A stretch of DNA of 64,000 nucleotides from Verrucomicrobiota bacterium (GCA_023430565.1 JAEZAD010000089.1:2872-66871), one strand, 5' to 3'. Numbered from the stretch's first letter, positions 54,647 to 63,908 are shown. Made by a program: numbers and translations. The notes: generated by a model from the letters alone, not told the origin.

Positions 54647-55426
54647 TCACGGATTCGAAGTTGAATTCACCAAACGCGCGGCCGGCGCGGGCACCGCGAC
54701 GAAGGACGGGTCGGCTCGATCGCCGGCGACGGCGATGAGGCGCACGACGTTGTCGTAAGCGTCCGGTTTTCGCTCCCACCGCCACGCGCCTGACGCTGGC
54801 GCGCCGATCCATGCTTCGCGGGTGCGGTGGTTGACCGCGTAGCCGTGGCTGAGGCCCCAGTAGATGACCGGCAGCGACACCGGTCCTGATTCCTCGGGCA
54901 ACGTCACGACGTCTTCGCCGACGGTGATCGTCCGGTTGAATTGCCCGCAGCGGTTCAGCACGTTCATGACGAATTGCATTCGGTCGCCGGGCGGAAGTTC
55001 GGGATTGTCGAGGCTGCGATACGACAGTTCGAGCGCGTCGGAGAGGCGGGGCGGCAAACTTGGGCGGAGCGCGACGAGACGGGCGGTGAGTGCTTTCAAG
55101 CCGGCGGCGAGGGCGCGGACATCGTCGGCCTCCGTTTGGGTTTTCGCCTGGAGGACATCCATCTCTTCCCGGTCCCCGGCGGTTTTCGCCTGGACGAGAT
55201 TGCGTTTCTCCTCCGCGGCGGTGGCCCGCTCCTCCAGCGTCGCCACCATCGCTTCGACGAGCGAGCGCTCTTCCTTCCAGGCCGTTTCGAGTCGGGACGT
55301 TTCCAAGCGTAACTGGACCCAGTCGTCGGCCGACTTCTTTACTGTTTCAATCGTGGCGCCGGCGGCGAGAGCGGTGGACGCGATCGCCAATCCGGCGCGA
55401 ACAAACCATCGAGGGGTAGAAGTCAT
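54647..55426 (-). CDS. DUF3450 family protein (TtpB-like)
   Basis: Signal peptide, coiled coil, and C-terminal IYWGLSHGYAV-type motif. First gene of the TonB-system operon. Confidence 0.75.
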   Translation of the reverse strand: MTSTPRWFVRAGLAIASTALAAGATIETVKKSADDWVQLRLETSRLETAWKEERSLVEAMVATLEERATAAEEKRNLVQAKTAGDREEMDVLQAKTQTEADDVRALAAGLKALTARLVALRPSLPPRLSDALELSYRSLDNPELPPGDRMQFVMNVLNRCGQFNRTITVGEDVVTLPEESGPVSLPVIYWGLSHGYAVNHRTREAWIGAPASGAWRWERKPDAYDNVVRLIAVAGDRADPSFVAVPAPAARLVNSTSNP

Positions 55427-55506
55427 GGCGCTGGCTGCTGGCCGATTCGCTTAACCTCTGTGTGGCGGGCAGAGCGAGCCCGGCACCATTCCGATGTCAG
55501 AACAAA

Positions 55507-55524
55507 CCGTGACAATTATCACGG
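55507..55524. promoter_or_regulatory. candidate operator CCGTGACAATTATCACGG upstream of the TonB-system operon
   Basis: AT-centred inverted repeat (GTGACAA/TTATCAC, 1 mismatch) 81-98 nt upstream of the DUF3450 start, with a loosely Fur-box-like core. Confidence 0.3.
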
Positions 55525-55591
55525 TCGGACCTGATAGCACATGTTGGTGCCGGCGGGAGCGGTCCGATAGGGCGCGGGGGAAGGGGGGCGC

Positions 55592-56458
55592 TCAGTCGAA
55601 GCGCACGGTTGCGGTCACGGGAAAATGGTCGCTCGGGTATTGCGGGCCCTCGCGATCGTCGACGATGGCGGCGCGATCGACCGCCGTGGGATTGCGGGCG
55701 AGAATCCAGTCGATGCGGAATCCGTCGTGAAGCGGCGGCTTGTAATCGTGAAACGTGTTGAGCGATTCGTTTTCGCGCTCCTTGGCGCGAGTCCAGGTGT
55801 CGACGAGTCCGGTTTCGCTCGTGAGCGCATCGAAGGCCGCGCTGTTGCCCGCGGGACAGTTGAAGTCGCCGACGAGCAGCAGCGGAATCTCGGGCGGGAG
55901 CGTCGCGATCCGCTGGCGGATGAGCTCGGCGGCCTTTTGGCGGGCGACCTCCACCTGGTGATCGAGGTGCGTGTTCCAGAAAAGGAATTCGCGGTCGGTC
56001 GCGCGGTCGCGAAACCGAACCCACGTGACCATGCGCTGGTATTTGTTTCCCCACGACATCGAGCCGATGGCGTCCGGCGTGTCGGAAAGCCAGAAGTGAT
56101 CGTAGGCGAGGGGCTCGAAACGTTCGCGCCGGAAAAACACCGCCATGAATTCGCCGCGGCTGCCGCCCTCGCGTCCGAGGCCGATCCACTCGTATTCCGG
56201 CAGGTCGGCCGCGATGTCGCGGAGTTGTTGATACACGCCTTCCTGCGTGCCGATGACGTCGGGCGCCTCGCGTTCGATCAACTGCCGGACGACGGGACGG
56301 CGGTCGGGCCAGGCGTTTGGCGGCTGCGGACTGGCGAAGCGAAGATTGAAAGTCATCACGCGCAGCGTGAGCGGAGGCGGCGCCGCGGCGGTCGAGGCGA
56401 GTGGCATGCAGGAGAAGGCGAGAATCCAAACGAGGGGGGAGGAGACGAGTCGGAGCAT
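55592..56458 (-). CDS. endonuclease/exonuclease/phosphatase (EEP) family protein, secreted
   Basis: LRVMTFNLR, DVIGTQE, GDFN, and the C-terminal SDHFPV. Confidence 0.85.
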   Translation of the reverse strand: MLRLVSSPLVWILAFSCMPLASTAAAPPPLTLRVMTFNLRFASPQPPNAWPDRRPVVRQLIEREAPDVIGTQEGVYQQLRDIAADLPEYEWIGLGREGGSRGEFMAVFFRRERFEPLAYDHFWLSDTPDAIGSMSWGNKYQRMVTWVRFRDRATDREFLFWNTHLDHQVEVARQKAAELIRQRIATLPPEIPLLLVGDFNCPAGNSAAFDALTSETGLVDTWTRAKERENESLNTFHDYKPPLHDGFRIDWILARNPTAVDRAAIVDDREGPQYPSDHFPVTATVRFD

Positions 56459-56631
56459 GGCGCGGAATTACACACATCGACCGGAACTGGCGAAGGCGTT
56501 TCCCGGAAAAATTCCAAAACCCAAACGTCGGCGATGATGTCCGGCCGGCGCGGGCTCGTCCGTCGAAGGGTTGAAGCGATCCGATATCGGATCACCGTCA
56601 TCACACTCACCCCCGTTAAGGAGAAACGTTT

Positions 56632-57078
56632 ATGTCCACCCACACCATCCGCCTCCACCGCGTCGTGCGCACGGCGCCCGAAAAAGTCTATCGCGCGTTT
56701 CTCGACGCCGATGCCATGCCGAAATGGCTGCCGCCCTACGGTTTCACCGCGAAGGTCCACCATGCCGACGCGAAGGTCGGCGGAACGTTCCGGATGTCGT
56801 TCACGAATTTCACGACGGGCCACAGCCATGCCTTCGGCGGCAGCTATCTCGAACTCGTGCCGAACGAGCGCATTCGCTACACCGACAGGTTCGACGACCC
56901 GAATCTCCCCGGCGAAATGACGGTGACCGTCGAACTGAAAAAAATTTCCTGCGGCACCGAGCTGCACATCGAGCAAGCCGGCGTGCCGGCGATCATCCCG
57001 GCCGAAATGTGTTACCTGGGGTGGCAGGAATCGCTCGAGCAACTCGCGAAGCTGGTGGAACCCGACATTCCGAACTGA
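56632..57078 (+). CDS. SRPBCC (AHSA1/START-like) family protein
   Basis: 148 aa. APEKVYRAFLDADAMPKWL and GGSYLELVPNERIRYT. Confidence 0.8.
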   Translation: MSTHTIRLHRVVRTAPEKVYRAFLDADAMPKWLPPYGFTAKVHHADAKVGGTFRMSFTNFTTGHSHAFGGSYLELVPNERIRYTDRFDDPNLPGEMTVTVELKKISCGTELHIEQAGVPAIIPAEMCYLGWQESLEQLAKLVEPDIPN

Positions 57079-57203
57079 GGCGCGAGGGCGAAAGTGGCGG
57101 GCGGCTTGCGACGACGCGAGATGCCCGCAGAATCGCGGAGTAACGAGGTGCCGGCCGGCGAACAGGCCGGCGCCCGAGATCGAAATTTCGCTCCGCTCTT
57201 CGC

Positions 57204-57755
57204 ATGCCTGCCGCCTCCACCGTGCGTTTCGCCGAACTCGTCGCCCAAGGCGGCATGCCCGAAGTGCATCTTTCGTGGGTGGCGCCGGCCAAGGACCGCG
57301 AACTCCAACGCGCGGCGAAACAGCATCGGCTGGTGACGGTGCACCAGCACGCGCGCGGACCGAAGGATCACGGCGTGGTCGGATTGGAAACCGCGCCGGA
57401 TGCGCAGTATTTCGTGTTTCCGAAATCGCTTCGCCCGTTCGCGGGTCGGAAGGTGATTGGCATCAAATACGAAATGCTGGAGGACGCGGCCGACGGTTCT
57501 GTGCGGAGCACAGACACGGGCAAACGGGAAAAACCGAAGCGCGCGCAAAAGCAGACGAGCGCGTCAAAACGCCGCTCGGCCACAAAACCCCCGGCGCCCG
57601 CGGCGGGGGAGGTTGAGACCGAAGCGGTTTTTATCACCGACACGGATCCGGTGAAGCGGGAGGCCCGACAAGCCTTGATCGCCCTCTCGGCGGGGCGCGT
57701 CGCGGAGGCGAAGCGTCATCTGCAGGCGATTCTGGCGAGGGACGAGCGCGGGTGA
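57204..57755 (+). CDS. hypothetical protein (globular N-domain, basic linker, short C-terminal helix)
   Basis: 183-aa ORF with coding-like GC3. No family recognised. Confidence 0.45.
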   Translation: MPAASTVRFAELVAQGGMPEVHLSWVAPAKDRELQRAAKQHRLVTVHQHARGPKDHGVVGLETAPDAQYFVFPKSLRPFAGRKVIGIKYEMLEDAADGSVRSTDTGKREKPKRAQKQTSASKRRSATKPPAPAAGEVETEAVFITDTDPVKREARQALIALSAGRVAEAKRHLQAILARDERG

Positions 57756-57816
57756 CGGCGGCGGCAGACTATAGCCGTTCGGTGCCAGGGAGACTGTTCG
57801 AAGTCTTCTGCCTCCA

Positions 57817-57842
57817 TGGATTCTTCGCTGCGCTCAGAATGA
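57817..57842. repeat. solo half-copy of the 8699-8784 inverted-repeat element
   Basis: TGGATTCTTCGCTGCGCTCAGAATGA matches 8758-8783 at 25/26 positions. Confidence 0.75.
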
Positions 57843-58069
57843 TAGAAGGAAATTCCCGCGGCGCGAAATTCAACCCTCCGACCTTGTGGCGCGTCGGCAG
57901 ATCGCAAACGAAACGAAAGCGCCCATGCCCGCGGTGACGCCAAACCCGGCGAGCACCGCCGGCCAGTGGCCGGGCGATGCTGGTGCTGCCTCACAGAGCT
58001 CCGCGCCGCGAGCCCGAGTGAAGCCGGGGTTTCGATAGGGTCGGTGAGACTGTAGCGACGCGGAAGAGA

Positions 58070-58624
58070 TCAGCGCGGTTGTGCGGCGATGCGGAGTTTC
58101 TCGTAGTCGGATTTGAGCTGCATGAATGCCGACCAGAATGGCGGACGCGGTGCGCCTTCGAGCAGCGCGATGAGTTGCGCGAAGTGGGTGTGCCAGCCGG
58201 AGCCGAACTCGGCCATGTAGGGAAGGTCGCCGCCGGTCGCGCGGTGGGTGAGGACGAGCTGGACGTTCTGGCCCTGCGGCGTGAGCTCGATCGTCACTTC
58301 GGATTCGGCGTCGCTGCCAAAGGTGAACGCGAGCACGTGCGGCGGTTCGCAGCGAACCACGGTGCCGTCCATGCTGTGGCCGGTCTCGTGATGCTGCTCG
58401 TAATCTGCGGGTGCGGTTTCGTCGGGCGCGATTTCCTTGTGCCGAAACTGGAGCTGCATTTTGCCGCCGGCGCGCAACTCCATCGGTCCGCCCGCGAACC
58501 AGCGCGCGCGTTTTTCGGGATCGGTGAGGTAGTGCCAGACGCGATCGATGGGGCCGGGCAGGATGCGGATCATCCGGACTTCGGCGGGGCCGGTGAACGT
58601 GGCGTGTTGATCGTTGGTTTTCAT
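58070..58624 (-). CDS. SRPBCC (AHSA1-like) family protein
   Basis: 184 aa. IDRVWHYLTDPEKRARWF. ATGA-coupled to the ArsR gene. Confidence 0.8.
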   Translation of the reverse strand: MKTNDQHATFTGPAEVRMIRILPGPIDRVWHYLTDPEKRARWFAGGPMELRAGGKMQLQFRHKEIAPDETAPADYEQHHETGHSMDGTVVRCEPPHVLAFTFGSDAESEVTIELTPQGQNVQLVLTHRATGGDLPYMAEFGSGWHTHFAQLIALLEGAPRPPFWSAFMQLKSDYEKLRIAAQPR

Positions 58625-58962
58625 GAGGAGGTCTTCTTCTTCGTTTTCCGTTTGTTCGCCTCGTCCTCGGCGCGCAGCTCGCGCTCGAGGGCATCGAGCC
58701 GGTGCGACCAGACGGAGCGGGTTTTCTGCAGCCAGGTTTCGAGGTCGTCGAAACCCTGGGGGTTGAGCGACTGGATGCGCGACTGGCCTTCGGCGCGGGT
58801 CGACACGAGCCCGGCCTCGCGGAGCACGTTCAAATGCTGCGAGATGGCCGGAGCGCTCAGGTCGAATTCGTTCACGAGTTCGCCCGCCGTCCGGTCGCGC
58901 ACGGCGAGCAGTTCGACAATCCGCCGCCGCGTCGGGTCGGCGAGAGCGAGGAGGCTTTGCAT
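58621..58962 (-). CDS. ArsR/SmtB family transcriptional regulator
   Basis: LADPTRRRIVELL...TAGELVNEFDLSAPAISQHLNVLREAGLV. Confidence 0.88.
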   Translation of the reverse strand: MQSLLALADPTRRRIVELLAVRDRTAGELVNEFDLSAPAISQHLNVLREAGLVSTRAEGQSRIQSLNPQGFDDLETWLQKTRSVWSHRLDALERELRAEDEANKRKTKKKTSS

Positions 58963-58973
58963 GCGACCATAGA

Positions 58974-58995
58974 TTAAGCGAAAGCTTAATTAAGC
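58974..58995. promoter_or_regulatory. candidate ArsR operator TTAAGC-GAAA-GCTTAA-TTAAGC
   Basis: AT-rich inverted repeat starting 12 nt upstream of the ArsR start, in the divergent spacer to the VOC gene. Confidence 0.4.
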
Positions 58996-59147
58996 AAGGG
59001 CGAAAGTAGTGTCTGTTTCGCGCGCGGTAAATTTCGGGGGCGACGGGTGGTCTCCTGACATACGGTTGTCGCACGGCCGGGTAGAGTGGGGCGTTCCTCG
59101 CTGCGCGGTGCGCGGCGAAAATCGAAACCTCAACTCCCCCCCAGGTT

Positions 59148-59534
59148 ATGACCACCACGACAAAGACGAATGCCCTCAGCTGGTTTGAAATCTACGCCGC
59201 CGACTTCGAGCGGGCGCGGCGCTTCTACGAGACGATTCTCGACGAGCCGCTCACGCTCAGCGACATGCCGGGCGGGAAGATGGCGATGTTTTCCTTCGAC
59301 CAGGAAAACGGCGTGGGCGGCGCCATCACGACGATGGAAGGCTGCTCGCCCGGCGGCGCCGGCGGCACGATTGTCTATCTGAACGTCGAAGGAAAACTCG
59401 ACGCGGTCGTCGGCCGCGTCGCCGCGGCAGGCGGCAAAGTCGTGCGCGAACGCATGCCGATCCCGCCGCACGGCTTCATCGCGTTTTTCCAGGACAGCGA
59501 AGGCAACCACGTCGGGCTGCATAGCATGAGTTGA
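59148..59534 (+). CDS. VOC (glyoxalase/bleomycin-resistance) family protein
   Basis: 128 aa. LSWFEIYAADFERARRFYE and FFQDSEGNHVGLHS. Confidence 0.85.
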   Translation: MTTTTKTNALSWFEIYAADFERARRFYETILDEPLTLSDMPGGKMAMFSFDQENGVGGAITTMEGCSPGGAGGTIVYLNVEGKLDAVVGRVAAAGGKVVRERMPIPPHGFIAFFQDSEGNHVGLHSMS

Positions 59535-59596
59535 TCACGCGGTGCGGCGCCGTTTGTTTCGAACAAAGACGGAGGCGGCGCTTTGGGTGTTTGGTG

Positions 59597-59672
59597 AAGG
59601 AGCCTGTTGTCAGGCGATTTCGGCCCGTGATGACTTGGGGCCGCAAGTCGTCCGTCGGCAGGCTCCTTTTTT
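59597..59672 (+). terminator. long-stem structured element ending in T6 (terminator or small structured RNA)
   Basis: AAGGAGCCTG (59597-59606) pairs perfectly with CAGGCTCCTT (59659-59668), followed by a T6 run (59667-59672) that overlaps the last two stem bases. The loop contains competing hairpins CGGCCC/GGGCCG and GACTT/AAGTC. Confidence 0.4.
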
Positions 59673-59909
59673 GTCGGAGTAGGGCTGGCGATTCGCGATC
59701 TGCGGGAAATTTGAGTTTCGCGTAGCCGGTTTTTTCGGCTCGCCCGTCTGAACCTCGCAGCCCGTCCGCTCGCCTGTGCCGCCCTCTTCGAAGGCCAGGT
59801 CGAGTTCAGGCCGCGTTTTACTCCGATTTCCCTTTTCCTGCCTGCCGCCACGACCGCCGGTTCACAGCCGGACGCGCCGCGGCGCCGGGCAAAAAACACG
59901 CAACCCCGC

Positions 59910-62198
59910 ATGAACAACATCACCAAGCACCTCGCCGCGCTCGCGATTTTCGCCAGCGCCGGTTCGCTGTTGGCGCAGACCCCGCCGGCCGCTTCGCAAA
60001 ACGCCCCCACCGACGACGAAGTCGTCAAACTTTCACCCTTCCTGGTCAGCGCCAGTGGTGAAGACGTTGGCCGTTATACCTCGCTCGAGTCGACGTCTGC
60101 CGGCCGCGTGCGCGTCAATATCATGAACTCGTCGCAAAACGTCTCCGTCATCACGAGCGAGATGCTCACGGATGTCGCGGCGGGCCGCATCCTCGATGCG
60201 ACCAAATACATCGCGGGCATCACCGAATCGACGCTCCCCAACGCTCAGGACCGCACCAACGTCCGCGGTTTCCAGGCCGACGGTCGCACGGTCGACGGAT
60301 TCACCTACGGCGGTTTCATGAGCATGGATCCGGCGATCATCGACCGCATCGAGGTCGTCAAGGGCCCGAACGCCATCCTTGCGCCGCAGCCGACCTCTCC
60401 CGGCGGCACGGTCAACAACGCCACGAAGAAGCCGCAGTTCCGTGACTTCGGCATGGTCAATGTTCAAGTCGGCGAATTCGACGCCAACTCCGGTTTCATC
60501 GACGTCAACCGGCAGCTGAACGACGCCTTCGCCGTGCGCGCCGTCGTCTCGTTTCGCGATTGGGACAACTGGTGGCGCGACTCATCGATCCGTTCGATGA
60601 CGCTGATGCCGGGGATCACGTGGAAAATCTCCGACACCACCCAGCTCACGTTCCAATATATCTTCACGCAGTGGCGGTCCTCGCTCTATCTCGGACTTCC
60701 GGTTGATCCCTCGTCGGGCACCAACAACAAGGCGCACATCATCGCCGGCGTGCCGAAGGACCTGAGCGTCTACGCCGACGACATCTTCCGCACCGACCAG
60801 CAGCACGACTGGAAGGTGCTTTTCACGACGAAGCTCTGGAAGGGCATCGATATGCGTTTCTCGGCGTTGTATCACAAGACCTCGCAATATGCGCCGCAGC
60901 TCAACACCGGCAACAGCACCGGCGGCGCCGGCGGCAACCGCGATCCGCTCACCGGTTTCTACGAGCCGGGCATGCAATACCTGCAAACGCCGCCCTACAC
61001 CGGCTCGCCGATCGCGACGCAGCCCACGCGCACCTTCGTGCGTTCCGGCACCGATCCGCGCGCGGATCCGCGCCAGCTGTTTCTCCAGAACGACTACGCC
61101 TACTTCTTCGAGAACGAGACCGTGAAGTCGACGACGCTGCTCGGCTTCGCTTTCACCGAAACCACCGATTACGGCCAGGAGGCCTACAACATTTCTGCGC
61201 CGAACTTCGACATCGACAACTACCAGCACGTGCACTGGACGCGCGGCACGCTCAACTTCCGCAACCGGGTGAGCAACCGCTTCATCCAAGGTTATCTCTC
61301 GCAGTCGCTGTCGTTGCTCGACGACCGCGTGATCCTCAACGGCGCTCTGTCGAAAAACTACTATCGCCAGCGCGCCCGCAGCACGATCACGAACATTTTC
61401 CATGGCGTCGCGCCCGAGGCCGATCTGCCGTCCTACGGCATCGTGATCAAACCCTACAAGGACATCTTTTCGCTCTATTATTCCTACTCGGAGCAATCGA
61501 CCTCCAACGGCCCTTCGATCAACACGCCCGTCAACACCGTGCCGCCGCTCACGAGTTCGGAGCAGGAAGAATTCGGCCTGCGCACGAAACTCTGGGACAA
61601 CAAGCTCTACTTCACCGTCTCGCATTTCGACATCATCCAGGACAACTACTCGGTGCCGAACCCCGCGAACCTCACGACGCCGCCGCCAAATCCGCTGCTG
61701 CCGGCGCTGTTTTCCGACCGCACCGCGAAAGGCTGGGAATACGAGCTGCGCGCGAATCCGACGAAGAACATCTCGGTCATCGCGAACTACACGGATTTCA
61801 AGAATCGCGATCCCAACAACGTCGAGTTTCGCGGCGTCGCCGAAAAGTCCGGCGCGATTCTCGTGAGCTATAACTTCGATGCCGACACGCCCGCGCTCGA
61901 CGGCTTTCGCATCGCGGTGGGTGTTGACTATATCGGTAATCGTCCCGGCGATGCGCCGTCCGGCCTCACCCCGGCGAGCACCGCGACCAACGTGATTCCG
62001 AACCAGCCGACGTTTTACCTCGGCGCGCGGACGTTGACGCAGCTGATCCTCGCGTATCAGTCCAAGCACAACTGGGGCGTGCAGCTGAACATCGATAACG
62101 TGTTCGACGAGTATTATCACATGGCCTCGATCAACCGCTCGATGGTTTATACGGGCACGCCGCGAAACTTCCGGCTCAGCGGGCACTACAAGTTCTAG
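59910..62198 (+). CDS. TonB-dependent outer-membrane receptor
   Basis: 762 aa. Signal peptide, plug domain (RVEVVKGPNAILAP), beta-barrel repeats, terminal aromatic residue (..HYKF). Confidence 0.9.
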   Translation: MNNITKHLAALAIFASAGSLLAQTPPAASQNAPTDDEVVKLSPFLVSASGEDVGRYTSLESTSAGRVRVNIMNSSQNVSVITSEMLTDVAAGRILDATKYIAGITESTLPNAQDRTNVRGFQADGRTVDGFTYGGFMSMDPAIIDRIEVVKGPNAILAPQPTSPGGTVNNATKKPQFRDFGMVNVQVGEFDANSGFIDVNRQLNDAFAVRAVVSFRDWDNWWRDSSIRSMTLMPGITWKISDTTQLTFQYIFTQWRSSLYLGLPVDPSSGTNNKAHIIAGVPKDLSVYADDIFRTDQQHDWKVLFTTKLWKGIDMRFSALYHKTSQYAPQLNTGNSTGGAGGNRDPLTGFYEPGMQYLQTPPYTGSPIATQPTRTFVRSGTDPRADPRQLFLQNDYAYFFENETVKSTTLLGFAFTETTDYGQEAYNISAPNFDIDNYQHVHWTRGTLNFRNRVSNRFIQGYLSQSLSLLDDRVILNGALSKNYYRQRARSTITNIFHGVAPEADLPSYGIVIKPYKDIFSLYYSYSEQSTSNGPSINTPVNTVPPLTSSEQEEFGLRTKLWDNKLYFTVSHFDIIQDNYSVPNPANLTTPPPNPLLPALFSDRTAKGWEYELRANPTKNISVIANYTDFKNRDPNNVEFRGVAEKSGAILVSYNFDADTPALDGFRIAVGVDYIGNRPGDAPSGLTPASTATNVIPNQPTFYLGARTLTQLILAYQSKHNWGVQLNIDNVFDEYYHMASINRSMVYTGTPRNFRLSGHYKF

Positions 62199-62425
62199 TT
62201 GGTCGCGCCCCAGACGCGTCTCTCCCCGAGCCGGCTGCCTTCCAGCAGCCGGCTTTTTGTCACGGTAACGCCGGCCGCGGAAACGTCCCGAGGCGAAAGT
62301 TCGTCGAAAATCCCCCATCACGTCAGGCCCCGCCGACCCCGCCGTCATCAGGTGAAAGTCGATGGCAACGCCTGGCCTCGCTCCGATGGCGCGAACGTGC
62401 GGGGCGCGGTAGACTCGGGATCCCC

Positions 62426-63082
62426 ATGAAACCCCTCCGTCTCTTATCCTGTTTGGCCATCTTCGGCGGAGCGCTCGCGGCTTCGTCTTTCGCGCAGCTG
62501 GTGCACATCGCCTTCACCGAGGGCGACTACAACAACATGGTTTTCCGCGCGAACGACATCAATGTCCCGTGGAATCATACGGGTGGCTACATCTCGCGCT
62601 TCGACGTCTGGTATGACGTCAACAATCCCACGGACCCCACGCGGAATCTCTGGCGGGCAAACGTGTTCGTTTACCAATTGGGTAATTTCGAAATTATACG
62701 GCCGCACGACGGCCCGTCGTTCGACGGCAACTATCTCACGTTGATCCACGACCAACCGGCCCCTTACGAGTCGATGGATCTGTTCATCGAGGTTCTGGAC
62801 AACGTGTCCCCCGGGCCGGGTTTGCCCGTGCCGCCGTTTTCGATCGGTTCGCAAAGCCTTTTTCTTGGGGGTGGACAGTCCTTTTACCCGGTCCCCGATT
62901 TCGGTGAAGGTTACGGCAACGGTGCCTTTGGCCGGGCGACCGTGCGGGAAGTGGACTCGGTCGTGCTTTACCCGGTGCCGGAGCCGTCAACTTACGGGTT
63001 GGCCGCGATCGCCGTGTTGGGAGCGGCGGTGGTTTGGACGCGCCGTCGCCGGGCGTCGTCAGGGCCAATGCAGAACGCCTGA
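62426..63082 (+). CDS. PEP-CTERM sorting-domain protein (secreted)
   Basis: Signal peptide. C-terminal VPEPSTYGLAAIAVLGAAVVWTRRRR is the PEP-CTERM motif, TM segment and basic tail. Confidence 0.85.
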   Translation: MKPLRLLSCLAIFGGALAASSFAQLVHIAFTEGDYNNMVFRANDINVPWNHTGGYISRFDVWYDVNNPTDPTRNLWRANVFVYQLGNFEIIRPHDGPSFDGNYLTLIHDQPAPYESMDLFIEVLDNVSPGPGLPVPPFSIGSQSLFLGGGQSFYPVPDFGEGYGNGAFGRATVREVDSVVLYPVPEPSTYGLAAIAVLGAAVVWTRRRRASSGPMQNA

Positions 63083-63270
63083 GGATAGGAGACGGCGGGG
63101 CGCCGCACCCCTCCGCGCTATTTTGAGCCGCGGTTCAACGTTGCGGTTTACCGTGGCGGTTCGCCCTACCGACCGGGGAGGGGGCTGTGCGGTTTTCGCG
63201 CCGCGGTGCTCCTGGTGCTTGTTTGACGCGGATCAAGGCGCGCTTGCCGCCGATCCGGTAGAAAAGAGGC

Positions 63271-63711
63271 ATGGGGAACTACTACGGGATCTTTCTCACG
63301 ATCCACCTGCTCTGCGCCATCACGTTTGTCGGCGCGGTGTTTTTCGAAGTGCTCGTGATTGAGCCGTTGGAAAAGGTTCTGCCTCCCGGCATGGGCGAGA
63401 AAATCGCGGAAGAGATCCCGCGGCGCGTGCGGACGTTCATGCCGTTCGTGGTGGCGCTGTTGTTTCTGACCGGCGGGGCGATGTTCTGGGTGCATTACTC
63501 GGCGCGGCCGGATTTCTTCCAGACGCGTTTCGGGATCCTGCTGACGCTCAAGATGGCGTTGGCGTTTTCGGTGTTGGGCGTGTTCGTGACCGCGATCCGT
63601 GCCTCTTTCAAGGGGACGATGGATCTGTGTCGATTCCGCTACACGCATCGGATCGTGGCGGGTTTGATGCTCGCGATCGTGCTGCTGGCGAAGGGAATGT
63701 TCTATCTGTAG
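63271..63711 (+). CDS. four-TM membrane protein (CopD/DUF2214-like?)
   Basis: 146 aa, four hydrophobic helices. Family guess is weak. Confidence 0.55.
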   Translation: MGNYYGIFLTIHLLCAITFVGAVFFEVLVIEPLEKVLPPGMGEKIAEEIPRRVRTFMPFVVALLFLTGGAMFWVHYSARPDFFQTRFGILLTLKMALAFSVLGVFVTAIRASFKGTMDLCRFRYTHRIVAGLMLAIVLLAKGMFYL

Positions 63712-63833
63712 CTCAAAGGAGGGCAGGGGGCGTCGCGCCGGGCTGGGGAAATCCCAAAACCGGCATTGACAATGCCGTGGTGGAGCCTGTTTTCATCCCC
63801 CTCTTTCGCGCGGCCTCGGCCGACGCGCCACGT

Positions 63834-63908
<75 letters not shown>

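Noticed and set aside
59535-59909. Cobalamin or TPP riboswitch upstream of the TonB-dependent receptor
   Set aside because: I did not see the B12-box (AGYCMGGAGACCKGCC-like, GCCACTG) or the TPP core (CTGAGA...ACCTGATCTGGATAATGCCAGCG-like). Only a generic hairpin plus T-run was found.
60582-62348. 588-aa ORF on the minus strand
   Set aside because: Antisense to the TonB-dependent receptor. Arg/Val/Gly/Asp-rich with no motifs.
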